A DNA stretch of 64,000 nucleotides from the human T2T-CHM13v2.0 reference genome, Homo sapiens. The notes below the pieces were generated by a model. It did not search any database and was not told where the DNA came from. It saw only the letters and a list, made by a program, of their open reading frames with translations. The stretch lies in the NCBI RefSeq assembly GCF_009914755.1, contig NC_060936.1. One strand, written 5' to 3'. The first letter of the stretch is position 1. Each line of letters begins with the position of its first letter. The position numbers and the translations under genes are program-made. Below, one piece after another: positions 8,895-22,172 of this stretch.

Positions 8895-11800
8895 TTTTTT
8901 ATTATATTTTAAGTTCAGCAATATATGTACAGAACGTGCAGGTTTGTTACATAGGTATACATGTGCCATGGTGGTTTGCTGCACTCATCAACCCATCATC
9001 TACATTAGGTATTTATCCTAATGCTATCCCTCCTCTTGCTCCCCATGCCCCAACAGGTCCCAGTGTGTGATGTTCCCCTCCTTGTGTCCAAGTGTTCTCA
9101 TTGTTAAACTCCCACTTATGAGTGAGAACATGTGGTGTTTGGTTTTCTGTTCCTGTGTAAGTTTGCTGAGAATGATGGTTTCCAGCTGCATCCATGTCCC
9201 TGCAAAGGACATGAACTCATCCTTTTTTATGGCTGCATGTGTTCCAAGGTGTATATGTGCCACATTTTCTTTATCCAGTCTATCATTGATGGGCATTTGG
9301 GTTGGTTCCAAGTCTTTGCTATTGTAAATAGTGCCACAAAAAAACATACATGTGCATGTGTCTTTATAGTAGAATGATTTATAATCCTTTGGGTATATAC
9401 CCAGTAATGGGACTGCTGGGTCAAATGGTATTTCTGGTTCTAGATCCTTGAGGAATCACCACACTGTCTTCCACAATGGTTGAACTACTTTACACTCCCA
9501 CCAACGTGTAAAAGTGTTCCTATTTCTCCACATTCTCTCCAGCATCTGTTTCCTGACTTTTTAATGATGGCCATTCTAAGTGGTGTGAGATGGTATCTCA
9601 TTGTGGTTTTGATTTGCATTTCTCTAATGACCAGTGATGATGAGCTTTTTTTCATGTTTTTTGGCTACATAAATGTCTTCTTTTGACAAATGTCTGTTCA
9701 TATCCTCCACCCACTTTTGATGAGGTTTTTTTTCTTGTAAATTTAAGTTCTTTGTAGATTCTCGATATTATCCCTTTGTCAGATAGATAGATTGCAAAAA
9801 TCTTCTCCCAATCTCTAGGTTGCCTGTTCACTCTGATGACAGTTTCTTTTGCTGTGTTGGAACTCTTTAGTTTAATTAAATCCCATTTGTCAATTTTGGC
9901 TTTCGTTGCCATTACTTTTGGTGTTTTAGTCATGAAGCCTCTGCCCATGTCTATGTCCTGAATAGTATTGCCTAGCTTTTCTTCTACAGTTTTTATGGTT
10001 TTAAGGCTTACGTTTAAGTCTTTAATCCATCTTGAGTTAATTTTTGTATAAGGTGTAAGGAAGGGGTCCAGTTTCAGTTTTCTGCACATAACTAGCCAGG
10101 TTTTCCAACACCATTTATTAAATAGGGAATCCTTTCCCCATTGTTTGTGTCAGGTTTGTCAAAGATCAGATGGTTATAGATGTGTGGTGTTTTTTCTGAG
10201 GGCTCTGTTCTGTTCCATTATTCTACATATCTGTCTTGGTACCAGTACCATGCTGTTTTGATTACCATAGCCTTGTAGTATAGTTTGAAGTCACATGGCG
10301 TGATGCCTCCAGCTTTGTTGTTTTTGATTAGGATTGTCTTGGCTATACAGGCTTTTTGGTTCCATATGAAATTTAAAGTAGTTTTTCTAATTCTGTGAAG
10401 AAAATCAATGGTAGCTTGATGGGAATAGCATTGAATATATAAATTACTTTGGATAGTATGGCCATTTTCAAGACATTGATTCTTCCTATCCGTGAGCATA
10501 GAATGTCTTCCCATTTGTTTGTATCCTCTCTTATTTCCTTGGGCAGTTGGGTTTGTAGTTCTCTTGAGGAGGTCCTTGACCTCCTTTGTAGTTGTATTCC
10601 TAGGTGTTTTACTCTTTGTAGAAATTGTGAATGAAAATTCACTCATGATTTGGCTCTCTCATCTATTATTGGTGTATCAGAATGCTTGTGACTTTTACAC
10701 ATTGATTTTGTATCCTGGGACTTTGTTGAAGTTGCTTATCAGCTTAAGGAGTTTTTGTTCTGAGATGATGGGGTTTTCTAAGTATATAATCATGTCATCT
10801 GCAAACAGAAAATTCAACTTCTACTCTTCTTCTTGAATACACTTATTTCTTTCTCTTGCCTGATTGCCCTGGCAAGAACTTCCAATACTATGTTGATTAG
10901 CAGGGGTAAGAGAGACAGCATCTTTCTCTTGTGCCAGTTTTCAAAGGGAATGCTTCCAACTTTTGCCCATTTAGTAGATATTGGCTATGCGTTTGTCTTA
11001 AATAGCTCTTATTTTGAGATATGTTCCATCAATACCCAGTTGATTGTGTTTTTAGCATGAAGTGTTGTTAAATTTTATCGCAGGCCTTTTCTGCACCTAT
11101 TGATAAAATTATGTGGTTTTTGTCATTGGTTCTGTTTATGTGATGGAGTATGTTTATTGATTTACATATGTTGAACCAGTCTGGCATCCAAGGGATGAAG
11201 CCGAGAATTGATAGTGGTGGATAAGGTTTTTGACGTGCCGCTGATTTGGCTTGCCAGTACTTTATTGAGGATTTTTGCATCAATATTCACCAGGGATACT
11301 GGCCTGTAGTTTTCTTTTTTGTTGTATCTCTGCCAGGTTTTGGTATCAGGATGATGCTGGCCTCATAAAATGAGTTAGGAAAGTGTCCCTCTTTTTTCTA
11401 TTGTTTGGAATAGTTCAGAAGGAATGGTACCAGGAATGTCTAGCAGAATTCAGCTGTGAATCCATCTGGTCCTGGGCTTTTTTTGGTTGGTAGGATATTA
11501 ATTACTGTCTCAATTTCAGAACTTGTTATTGATCTATTCAGGGATTTGACTTCTTGCTGGCTTAGTCTTGGCAAGGTGTATGTGTCTAGGAACTTATCCA
11601 TTTCTTCTAGGTTTTCTAGTTAATTTGCAGAGAGGTGTTCATAGGATTCTCTAATGATAGTTTGTATTTCTGTGGGATCAGTGGTGATATCTTCTTTATC
11701 ATTTTTTATTGTGTCTATTTGATTCTTCTCTCTTTTCTTCTTTATTAGTTTGTCTAGTAGTCTATTTTTGTAAATCTTTTCAAAAAAAAAAAAAAAACCA

Positions 11801-14800
11801 GCTCCTGGATTCATTGATTTTTTGAAGGGTTTTTTGTGTCTCTATCTACCTCATTTCTGCTCTGATCTTAATTATTTCTTGTCTTCTGCTAGCTTTTGAA
11901 TTTGTTTTCTCTTGCTTCTCTAGTTCTTTTAAGTGTGATGTTAGGGTGTCGAATTTAGCTTTTTCCCCACCTTCTCATGTGGGCATTTAGTGCTATGAAT
12001 TTCCATTAGATGGAATAGACATAGACACTGCTTTATGTCTCTCCCAGAGATTCTTGTACGTTGTGTCTTTGTTCTTATTGGTTTGAAATAACTTCTTCAT
12101 TTCTGCCTTCATTTCATTATTTACCCAGTAATCATACAGGAGTAGGTTGTTCAGTTTCCATGTAGTTGTGTGGTTTTAAGTACTTATCCTGAGTTTTAAT
12201 GTGATTGCCCTGTGGTCTGAGAGACTGTTTATGATTTCTGTTCTTTTGTATTTGTTGTATGTTTTACTTCCAACTATGTGGATGATTTTAGAATAAGTAC
12301 TATGTGATGCTGAGAAGAATGTATATTCTGTTGATTTGGGGTGGAGAGTTCTGTAGATGTCTATTAGGTCCACTTGGTCCAGAGCTGAGTTCAAGTCCTG
12401 CATATCCTTGTTAATTTTCCGTCTCGTTGATCTGTCTAATATTGACAGCGGGGTATTAAAGCTTCTCACTATTATTGTGTGGGAGTCTAAGTCTCTTTGT
12501 AGGTCTCTAAGAACGTGCTTTATGAATCTGTGTGCTCCTGTATTTAGTGCATATATATTTAAAATAGTTCTTCTTGTTGCATTGATCCTTTTACCATTAT
12601 GTAATGACCTTTTTTTTTATATATTTGTTGGTTTAAAGTGTGTTTTATCGGAGACTAGAATTGCAACCCATTTTAGTTGGCTTTCATTTGCTTGGTAAAT
12701 ATTCTTCCATTTATTCTGAGCCTATGTGTGTCTTTGCACATGAGATGGGTCTCCTGAATACAGCACAGTGATACGTCTTGAGTCTATTCAATTTGTCAGT
12801 CTGTGTCTTTTAATTGGGTGATTTAACCCATTTATATTTAAGGTTAATATTTTTATATGTGAATTTGATCCTGTCATGATGCTAGCTGTTATTTTGCATA
12901 TTAGTTGATGCAGTTTCTTCATAGTGTCAATGGTCTTCACATTTTGGTATTTTTTTTTTTGAAGTTGCTGGTACCAGTTTTTCCCTTCCATATTTAGTAC
13001 TTCCTTCAGGAGCTCTTGTTTTTTTTTATTATTATTATACTTTAAGTTTTAGGGTACATGTGCACAACGTGCAGGTTAGTTACATATGTATACATGTGCC
13101 ATGCTGGTGTGCTGCACCCATTAACTCGTCATTTAGCATTAGGTATATCTCCTAATGCTATCCCTCCCCCCTCCCCTCACCCCACAACAGTCCCCAGAGT
13201 GTGATGTTCCCCTTCCTGTGTCCATGTGTTCTCATTGTTCAATTCCCATCTATGAGTAAGAACATGCGGTGTTTGGTTTTTTGTCCTTGCGATAGTTTAC
13301 TGAAAATGCTGATTTCCAATTTCATCCATGTCCCTACAAAGGACAGGAACTCATCATTTTTTATGGCTGCATAGTATTCCATGGTGTATATATGCCACAT
13401 TTTCTTAATCCAGTCTATCATTGTTGGACATTTGGGTTGGTTCCAAGTCTTTGCTATTGTGAATAGTGCCACAATAAACATACGTGTGCATGTGTCTTTA
13501 TAGCAGCATGATTTATAATCCTTTGGGTATATACCCAGTAATGGGATGGCTGGGTCAAATGGTATTTCTAGTTCTAGATCCCTGAGGAATCGCCACACTG
13601 ACTTCCACAATGGTTGAACTAGTTTACAGTCCCACCAACAGTGTAAAAGTGTTCCTATTTCTCCACATGCGCTCCAGCACCTGTTGTTTCCTGACTTTTT
13701 AATGATGGCCATTCTAACTGGTGTGAGATGGTATCTCATTGTGGTTGTAAGGCAGGCCTGGTGGTTACAAATTCCCTCAGAATGTGTTTGTCTGTCAAGA
13801 ATTTTATTTATCCTTCATTATGAAGCTTAGTTTTGCTGTATATGAAATTCTGGGTTGAAAATTCTTTTAAGAATGTTGTATATTGGCCTCCACTCTCTTC
13901 TGGCTTGTAGGGTTTTCTGCAGAGAAATATGCTGTTAGTCTGATGAGCTTCCCTTTGTGGGTAACCTGACCTTTCTCTCTGGCTGCCCTTAACATTTTTT
14001 CCTTCATTTCAACCTTGGTGAATCTGACAATTATGTGTCTTGGGGTTGCTCATCTTGAGGAGTATCTTTATGGTGTTCTCTGTATTTCCTGAATTTGAAT
14101 GTTGGCCAGTCTTGCTAGATTGGGGAAGTTCTCCTGGATAATATACTAAATTGTGTTTTTCAACTTAATTCCATTCTCCCCATCACTGTCAGATACACCA
14201 ATCAAATGTAGGTTTGTCATTCCACATAGTCCCGTATTTCTTGGAGGTTTTGTTTGTTTCTTTTCGTTCTTTTTTCTCTCACCTTCACAATTTCATTAAG
14301 TTCATCTTCAATCTCTAATATCCTTTCTTCCACTTCATCGATTTGTCTATTGATACTTATATATGCATCACGAAGTTCTTGTGTTGTGTTTTACGGCTCC
14401 ATCTGGTCATTTATGTTCTTTTCTAAACTGGTTATTCTAGTTATAAGTTCCTGTAACATTTTATTAAGGTTCTTGGCTTCCTCGCATTGGGTTAGAACAT
14501 GCTCCTTTAGCTCAGAGGAGTTTTTATTACCCGCCTTCTGAAGCCTACTTCTGTCAATTTGTCAAACTCATTCTCCATCCAGTTTTGTTCCCTTGCTGGT
14601 GAGGAGTTGTGATCCTTTGGTGGAGAAGAGGTATTCTGGTTTTTGGAATTCTCAGCATTTTTGTGCTGGTTTTTCTTCATCTTCATTGATTTATCTACCT
14701 TTGATCTTTGATGCCAATGATCTTTGTATGGGTTTTTTTCATGGTCATCCTTTTTGTTGATGTTGATGTTATTGTTTTCCGTTTGCTGGTTTTCCTTCTA

Positions 14801-15325
14801 ACAGTCAGGCCCCTCTTCTTCAGGTCTGCTGGAGTTAGCTGGAGGTCCACTCCAGACTCTGTTTGCCTGGGTATCACCAGTGGAGGCTGAAGAATAGCAA
14901 AGATTGCTGCCTGCTCCTTCCTCTGGAGGCTTCATCCCATAGGGGCACTTGCCAGATGCCAGATGGTGCTCTGTCATATGAGGTGTCTGTCAACCCCTGC
15001 TGGGACGTATCTCCCAGTTAGGAGGCACTGGGGTCAGGGACCCACTTGAGGAGGCAGTCTGTCCATTAGCAGAGCTCGAGCACTGTACTGAAAGATCTGC
15101 TGCTCTCTTCAGAGCTGGTAGGCAGGAACTTGTTTAAGTCTGCTGAAGCTGTACCCACAGCCACCCCTTCCCCCCAGGTGTTCTGTCCTAGGGAGATGGG
15201 AGTTTTATCTATAAGCCCCTGACTGGGGCTGCTGCATTTCTTTCAGAGATGCCCTGCCCAGAGAAGTGGAAGCTAGAAAGGCAGTCTAGCTACAGCAGCT
15301 TCGCCACACTGTGGTGGTTTCCACC
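8895..15325 (-). mobile_element. Near full-length L1PA7-like element, 5'UTR truncated, ORFs disrupted
   Basis: Collinear ORF2 fragments (9652-10089, 10373-10642, 12176-12469, 12788-12991), ORF1 and 5'UTR; L1PA7-type 3'UTR. Confidence 0.93.
13020..13744 (-). mobile_element. 5'-truncated young L1 (L1PA3-like) nested in ORF1 of the L1PA7
   Basis: Intact 166-aa ORF2 C-terminus (13239-13739, [16 protein letters not shown]); host resumes at ctcttgt|aaggcagg; 4-bp duplication ttgt. Confidence 0.95.
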
Positions 15326-15765
15326 AAGCCTATCTACTTATGATTCCAACTGTATGAAAAATGGGAAACAAGAGAGACAGTAAAAAGAGGCAATGAAAAG
15401 ATTTTCTTAGAGGTTGGGGAGGTGGTGTGTTATGACAAATAGGTGGAGTACGGAGGATTTTTAAGGCAGTAAAAATATCCTGTATGATACTATAGTATTA
15501 GATATGTGTCATTATATACTTTTCCAAACCCAGTGAATGTGCAAAACCAAAAGTGAATCCTAATGTAAACTATAGACTTTGGCAGATTATGATTTGTCAA
15601 TGTAGGTTTATCTGTTATAACAAATGTACCACTCTGGTAAGGGATGTTGATAATAGGGAATATTATAGTTGTGTAGGGGGAGAGTGTATATAGAAAATCT
15701 CTACCTTTCCCTTACTTTTTGTGAACTTAAAACTAACTTTTTAAAAATTACATTTAACAAAAAAT
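15326..15765 (+). mobile_element. L1MC1-like 3'UTR, right part
   Basis: tatgattccaactgtatg...gtgaatcctaatgtaaactatagactttgg...aacaaatgtaccactctgg. Confidence 0.85.
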
Positions 15766-16329
15766 TGTCAGGGAATCTCACATTTATATATATCCTCAGA
15801 GAAAGCACAAAATAATGTAAATTCTATGCAAATAAAATTAATAATAAACATGTGGTAAGTTTTAATTCTTTGATTTTTAATTAGCTGTGTTATACAAATT
15901 AAATTTATAGGCAAACTAAAATCTTATTTTTTCTCTACCCTACTTGCCAAGTGTCTCCCTCTTCCTGGAGGAAGTAATTATTATCAGTATGATGTATTTC
16001 CTTCCTGTTCTTGTTTGCAGTTATGAAGCATTGTTACTTAACATTTATTCTTCTTCAGAAATTATTCTAGGAACTGAAAATACAATTTCGAATTATCTCT
16101 GTTCTTAAGGCACTTTTGTTTTAATGGAACACAAAAATCAATTGAAAAATAAATGTGGGGATGAAAGAGAAGGTAGGATGAGCTTGATAATTTGTCTTTT
16201 ATAGGAGGCAGCAAAAAAGACTTGTTTCTGAAATTGATGAACTGAGAAATATAGACTCAAGCATATTAAAGATAGAAATTTATTCACTATAAGAGCTAAA
16301 TAGGAGCCTATACTATTTACTTTTCCATG

Positions 16330-17795
16330 GCAAGAATAAGAGGGAGAACAAAAAGTAGAAAATGAAAAATATGGAAAAGATAAAGGAAAAACAGCAAAAA
16401 AAGCTCAAAAGTATTATACATGCAATTTTACAAAATCACAAGACAGAATAAAGGTAAACACGCCTTCTTAAAGTGAAAATGTGAATGAGATACAGTTACC
16501 TCCTAGAAGAGAAAAAACAGACTTTTCAATTGGATTACATAAACAAAACTATGTATATGCTATCTTTAAGAGACATACCTTAAACCAAAGGAATCAAAGA
16601 GTTTGAGAAAAATATAATGGCATATCAGTTAGTTTGGTGTCTGTCCAAACAGCCACCCAGTTTTGTGCTTGAAACCCAGGGCCCTGGTGGTGTAGGCAAA
16701 TGAGGGAATTTCCTGGTCTGGAAATTAGGCATATGGACTGTTGTATTTATTATCTTTAACTTCTAAGCAAACTTTCATATATCCTTCTCTCCATCAGCAA
16801 TCCTAAATGCTCAGACCTGAGGGGTTGGTTTATTTGATATAAGGCAGCCCAGGAGAGCTCTTCCCTTTCAATATCAGTCTAGATTTTGAGAGTTTGCCTC
16901 TGCACTCCATGCTGAAAAGATATGATTGTGGGTCTGCTATATTACTTGTCACATAGGAAGAACTGCTGAAATTCAAAGAAAATAAGTCCAAGTAGGGCTA
17001 AGGAATAACTGAAGTTGGATATAAAGAAATACTGGCTAAATTGAATCTTAATTTGGTCACCAAGGCAACATTTTTATAGCTGCTTCTTCGATCCTGTGTT
17101 AACACCAGTTCTTTGAGACAATGAATTTCCTTTTATTCTTATACCAGTTAAACTTATTGGGGACTTGTAAAATGCAGGAGCCTTGACCAATATACCAAGC
17201 AAACGCTTTAATACTAGAAAGTAGCAGTTGTGATATATTAAAATAGTTGAAGACACAAACCTTCATTGAAACAAAAAGGGTCATTTTATCATGAGTATAA
17301 AGAAAGTGTACAATGACAATATAGCTGTTAAGTTTTGACAACAGTAATTCCACAGCAAAACATGTAAAACAAAAACTATATGACATACAAAAGAAACAGG
17401 TATAGAGAAATTTTGGAGGAATTTTTTTCTCCACACTTGGCCAGATCAAGTATCAAATAAGAAAAAATCATAAAGACTTAGGCTTATATAATTAGTAGAG
17501 ATGATTTGATAGACATATACAAAAATAGTGAACTCAAATTTTCACTCAGAAAATGTAAACTTAAACTATACTTCAAGGAAAATTTTTAGCATTATATGAG
17601 AAAAGAAAGACTAAGAATCAGTGATCTAAACATTCATCCCAAGAAGTCAAGAAAAGAAATCTTAGCAAATTAAACAAAGAAAACAAAGTGAAAGAAACAA
17701 AATAAAACTAAAGGCAGCAATCTGTGAAAAAGAACCAAACTCTCAAAAGAAAGAATAGACTAATAAGATGTATAACTTGCTGGGAAGACTGATCA
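16330..17795 (+). mobile_element. Ancient L1M ORF2 5' remnant, interrupted at ~16625-17190
   Basis: A-rich decayed endonuclease-domain sequence (tatatgctatctttaagagacatacc ... atataccaagcaaac...aaagggtcattttatcatga). Confidence 0.6.
16626..16720 (-). mobile_element. 95-bp L1PA7/8-type 5'UTR fragment
   Basis: Reverse complement matches 19810-19904 at 90/95 positions. Confidence 0.9.
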
Positions 17796-19509
17796 ATTAT
17801 ATTGTTTTCTTAGAGAAGATTGACTTTTGCTTGTGGCCTGAAACTTTTCTGGGGCTAAATTATCCTCAGTCCAATTACGGACTGAGATGGTTAAGATACT
17901 GACTCTATTCCTTGTAACTACTAGCTTATTTCTGCTTCACTCTCATTCCTGGATTGGAGTGCTTTGGGGCTCCCATCAGAAGCCTACAGTTTTTTATTTT
18001 TTTATTTTTTTAAACCAGAGGCCCATGCTTCTCAGACCCCTAACTTTTCTGCCCAGTCCTATGAGATCATTAAAACTCTACTTAGATTATATTTTCTGCC
18101 ACTAGTTGTACTTTTAGAATCAACACTTGCTGTAGAGCAAAAAGTAGGCAAAAATTTTGAGTTGACCTCTCCCAGCTTCTCTTCTCAGCCCAATGTATTC
18201 TCACCGTGTTGGTACTTTCCTGAGACTTACAAAGATTTTTAAAAATTAATCAGTTTATTGAATTCTGAGTTTTGGTTGCAAAAAATCTAGCCTGCTACTG
18301 CTGGATATGGGATTCTTCCTGAGTAAATTTTGGGACAGATTAAATAAAAAATAAAGCTGTAATCTATGGTACTGGGAGGGAAATTAAGAAGCCACTTAAG
18401 GACTTTCTCTATTGGAAGAACTATATTTCCCTATTTTTCCTTTCACAGCTGCTCTTGATGGAAACCCAGATGGTATGGACATTGCTATCTGCTAATTCTG
18501 AACCTGCCTCCATCTCTAGAGTTAATTATTTCAACGTCTTTCCTCATTTGTCTAAAATTATCCCTACGCCTGTCCTTATTCCACCGTGGCCTGCCTCCAG
18601 TCTATCAGTCCACATGCTTCTGAAACTGACAAGTTTCCTGGAGTTCTGACAATGTATGCTATAAGCCCTTGGCTGTAGGTGAACTGTGACTTTAGAGTCT
18701 TGTTGCTGCCAGTGTCTATAAACACATGATTAACACAACACTCTTTGGCTGTTTTTATTTGGAAGCTCTCTTGCTTAGTCTCTTCTTTATACAGGCTGAA
18801 AGTAGGCAATTGATAGGGTGATGTGTGAGGGCCTAGATTGGCCACTTTTTAGTAATCCTACATGAGAGATTCTGACAGTTTCTTGCCACTGTATGCATTC
18901 ATTTCATAACTATTGATTTTAGTTTTGGAGTACAACTGAAATTTCCAAATACAAAAATTTTCCTGCATTTGCTTATATTAAATTTAGTTCATCTTGGTTT
19001 AAAATAATATATTAATCTAAGACTTCGGAAAGAAACAAACCCACAAATAATACTATTAAAAATCCCATCTAGATATGCTTTTTAGTAAAATCAGTCAGAT
19101 AAATTAACTAAATATTTATTACACAGATTTGATCTTATTTGACTGCCAGTTCCTTTGTACTGAGAATTGGTGTCTCGCCAGAATGTGGCCAATGTTGCAA
19201 GTTTTTATCTTTTCCAAAAAATAAATACTTAAAGCTATGAAGAACGGGCAACTATCCTGAAAACCTTGTATTATATTTAAATCAAATGTGGTTTATTTTT
19301 AATAAAAAGAAAAATAAGCACTCTATACAACTCAATATACAAATAAAATTGCCTCACTAAAAGATTGAATTGTTTTTCTGGTGCCTTAGTATATCTTTCT
19401 CTTCTGTGTCCCAAAGGTGGCAGTTCTTTCCAATAACAGCCTGTGATTAACCAATTACTCATGTGTAATTACATATAAGACTATTTAACTTTTTAAAAAA
19501 ATATTTTAT

Positions 19510-22172
19510 GGGATCTGGCAAGATGGCTGAGTGGGAATAGCTCTGGTCTGCAGCTCCCAGTGAGACCAAAGCAGAAGGCACGTGGTTTCTGCATTTCCAA
19601 TTGAGGTACCTGGTTTATCTCACTGAGACTGGTTAGACAGTGGTGCTGCTGCCCATGGAGGGCAAACAGAAGAGGGTGGGGCATCGCCTCACCTGGGAAT
19701 TGGAAAGGGCTGGGGACCTCCCTCTGCTAGCCAAGGGAAGCCATGAGGGACTGTGCTATCCAGCCCAGATAGTATGATAGTATGCTTTTCCCAACGTTTT
19801 TGCAACCTGCAGACCAGGAAATTCCCTCGTGTGCCTACACCACCAGGGCCCTGGGTTTCAACCACAAAACTGGACGGCTGTTTGGACAGACACCAAACTA
19901 ACTGTAGTTTGTTGTTGTTGTTGTTTTTTCCTCCCCCCCCACCCCCCGCCCATACTCCAGTGGCACCTGGAACCCCAGAAAGACAGAACCATTTACTCCC
20001 TTGGAAAAAGGGCTGAAGCCAGGGAGACAAGTGGTCTGGGCCAGCAGATCCCACTCCCATGGAGCCCAGCAAGCTAAGAGCCACTGGCTTGAAATTCTCA
20101 ATCCTAGCACAGCAGTCTGAAATTGACCTGGGAAGATCCAGCTTGGTGCGGGGAGGGGCATCCACCATTACTCAGGCTTGAGTAGGCAGTTTTCCCCTCA
20201 CAGTATTAAAGAAGCCAACCCAAAGTTCCGACTGGGTGGAACTCACCTCAGTGTGGCAATGTGGCTGTGGTCAGACTGCCTCTCTGGAATAACCAGCTAG
20301 CATCATGATAACAGGATAAAATTCACACTTAACAATATTAACCTTACGTGTAAATGGTTTGGATGGCCCAATTAAAAGACACAGACTGGCACATTGGATA
20401 AAGAGTCAAGACACATTGGTGTGCTGTATTCAGGAGACCCGTCTCACGTGCAAAGACACAAAGGCTCAAAATAAAGAGATGTAGGAATATTTACCAAGCA
20501 GAGGGAAAGCAAAAAAAAAAAAAACACGGGTTGCACTTCTAGTCTCTGATAAAACAGACTTTAAGCCAACAAATATCAAAGACAAAGAAGGGCATTACAT
20601 AATGGTAAAGGGATCAATGCAACAAGAAGAGCTAACTATCCTAAATATATATGCATCTAGTACAGGAGCACCCAGATTCATAAAAAAAGTTCTTAGAGAC
20701 CTACAAGAAGATGTTGACTCCCACACAATAATAGTGGGAGACTTTAACACCCCACTGTCAATATTAGATCAATGAGACAGAAACTTAACAAGGATATGCA
20801 GGACTTAACTCGGTTCTGGACCAAGTGTAACTAATAGACATCTACAGAACTCTCCACCCCAAATCATCAGAATATACATTCTTCTCCGCGTCACATAGCA
20901 TTTATTCTAAAGCAATTGGAAAAGGATTCCATATTTAATAGTGCTGGGATAAGTGGATAGCCATATTTAGAAAACTGAAACTGGATCCCTTCCTTACACC
21001 TTATACAAAAATTAACTCAAGATGGATTAAAGACGTAAATGTAAAACCTAAGATGATAAAAACCATAGAAGAAAACCTAGGCAATACTATTCAGGACACA
21101 GGCATGGGCAAAGACTTCATGACTAAAACACCAAAAGCAATGGGAACAAAAGCCAAAATTGACAAATGAGATCTAATTAAACTAAAGAGCTTCTGCACAG
21201 CAAAAGAAACTACCATCAGAGTGAACAGGCAACCTACAGAATGGGAGAAAAGTTTTGCAATCCATCCATCTGACAAAGGTCTAACATCCAGAATCTACAA
21301 GGAATTTAAACAAGTTTAGAAGAAAAAAAAAAAACCCTATCAAACAGTGGGCGAAGTATATGAACAGACACTTCTCAAATGGCATTCATGTGGCCAATAA
21401 ACATATGTAAAAAAGCTCACTGGTCATTAGGGAAATGCAAATCAAAACCACAAGAAACCATCTCACACCAGTTAGAATGGCGATTATTAAAAAGTCAGGA
21501 AACAACAGATGCTGGAGAGGATGAAGAGAAATAGAAACACCTTTACACTGTTGGTGGGAGTGTAAATTAGTTCAACCATTGTGGAGACAGTGTGGCAATT
21601 CCTCAAAGATCTAGAACCAGAAATACCATTTAACCCAGCAATCCCATTACTGGGTATATACCCAAAGGATTATAAATCATTCTACTATAAAGACACATGC
21701 ACATGTATGTTTATTGCAATACTATTCACAATAGCAAAGACTTGGAACCAACCCAAATGCCCATCAATGACAGACTGGACAGAGAAAATGTGACACAAAT
21801 ACACCATGGAATACTATGTAGTCATAAAAAAGAATGAGTTCATGTCCTTTGCAGGGACATGGATGAAGCTGGAAACCATCATTCTCAGCAAACTAACACA
21901 GGAACAGAAAACCAAACACTGCATGTTCTTACTCACAAGTGAGAGTTGAACAATGAGAATACATGGACACAGGGAGGGGAACATCACACACCGGGGCCTG
22001 TCGGGTGTGGGGGACAAGGGGAGGGAGAGCATTAGGACAAATACCTAATACATGCGGGGCTTAAAACCTGGATGACAGGTTGCTAGGTGCAGCAAACCAC
22101 CATGCCATATGTATACCCATGTAACAAACCTGCATGTTCTGCCCATGTATCCCAGAACTTAAATTTTTAAAA
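19510..22172 (+). mobile_element. L1PA8-like element with both termini but two large internal deletions
   Basis: 5' end with YY1-like caagatggc (19519-19527); 5'UTR jumps to the ORF2 start at ~20287; EN domain jumps to the ORF2 C-terminus at ~20912; L1PA8-type 3'UTR; degenerate TSD aaaaaaatattttat / aaaaaagcattttac. Confidence 0.92.

Noticed and set aside
16715-16730. Splice junction of an L1 antisense-promoter transcript
   Set aside because: The switch occurs at ggtctg|, 3 nt before the nearest possible donor (cag|gttgca), and no poly(A) follows; kept only as a weak alternative
18430-18480. 24-nt micro-exon (tttcacag|...atg|gtatgg) and other acceptor-like sites at ~23816, 29580 and 48560
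   Set aside because: Isolated splice-like signals are common in AT-rich DNA and no consistent exon chain emerges
20280-20920. Internal deletions of the L1PA8 as spliced-out introns
   Set aside because: From recalled consensus, neither deleted segment starts with GT at the junction
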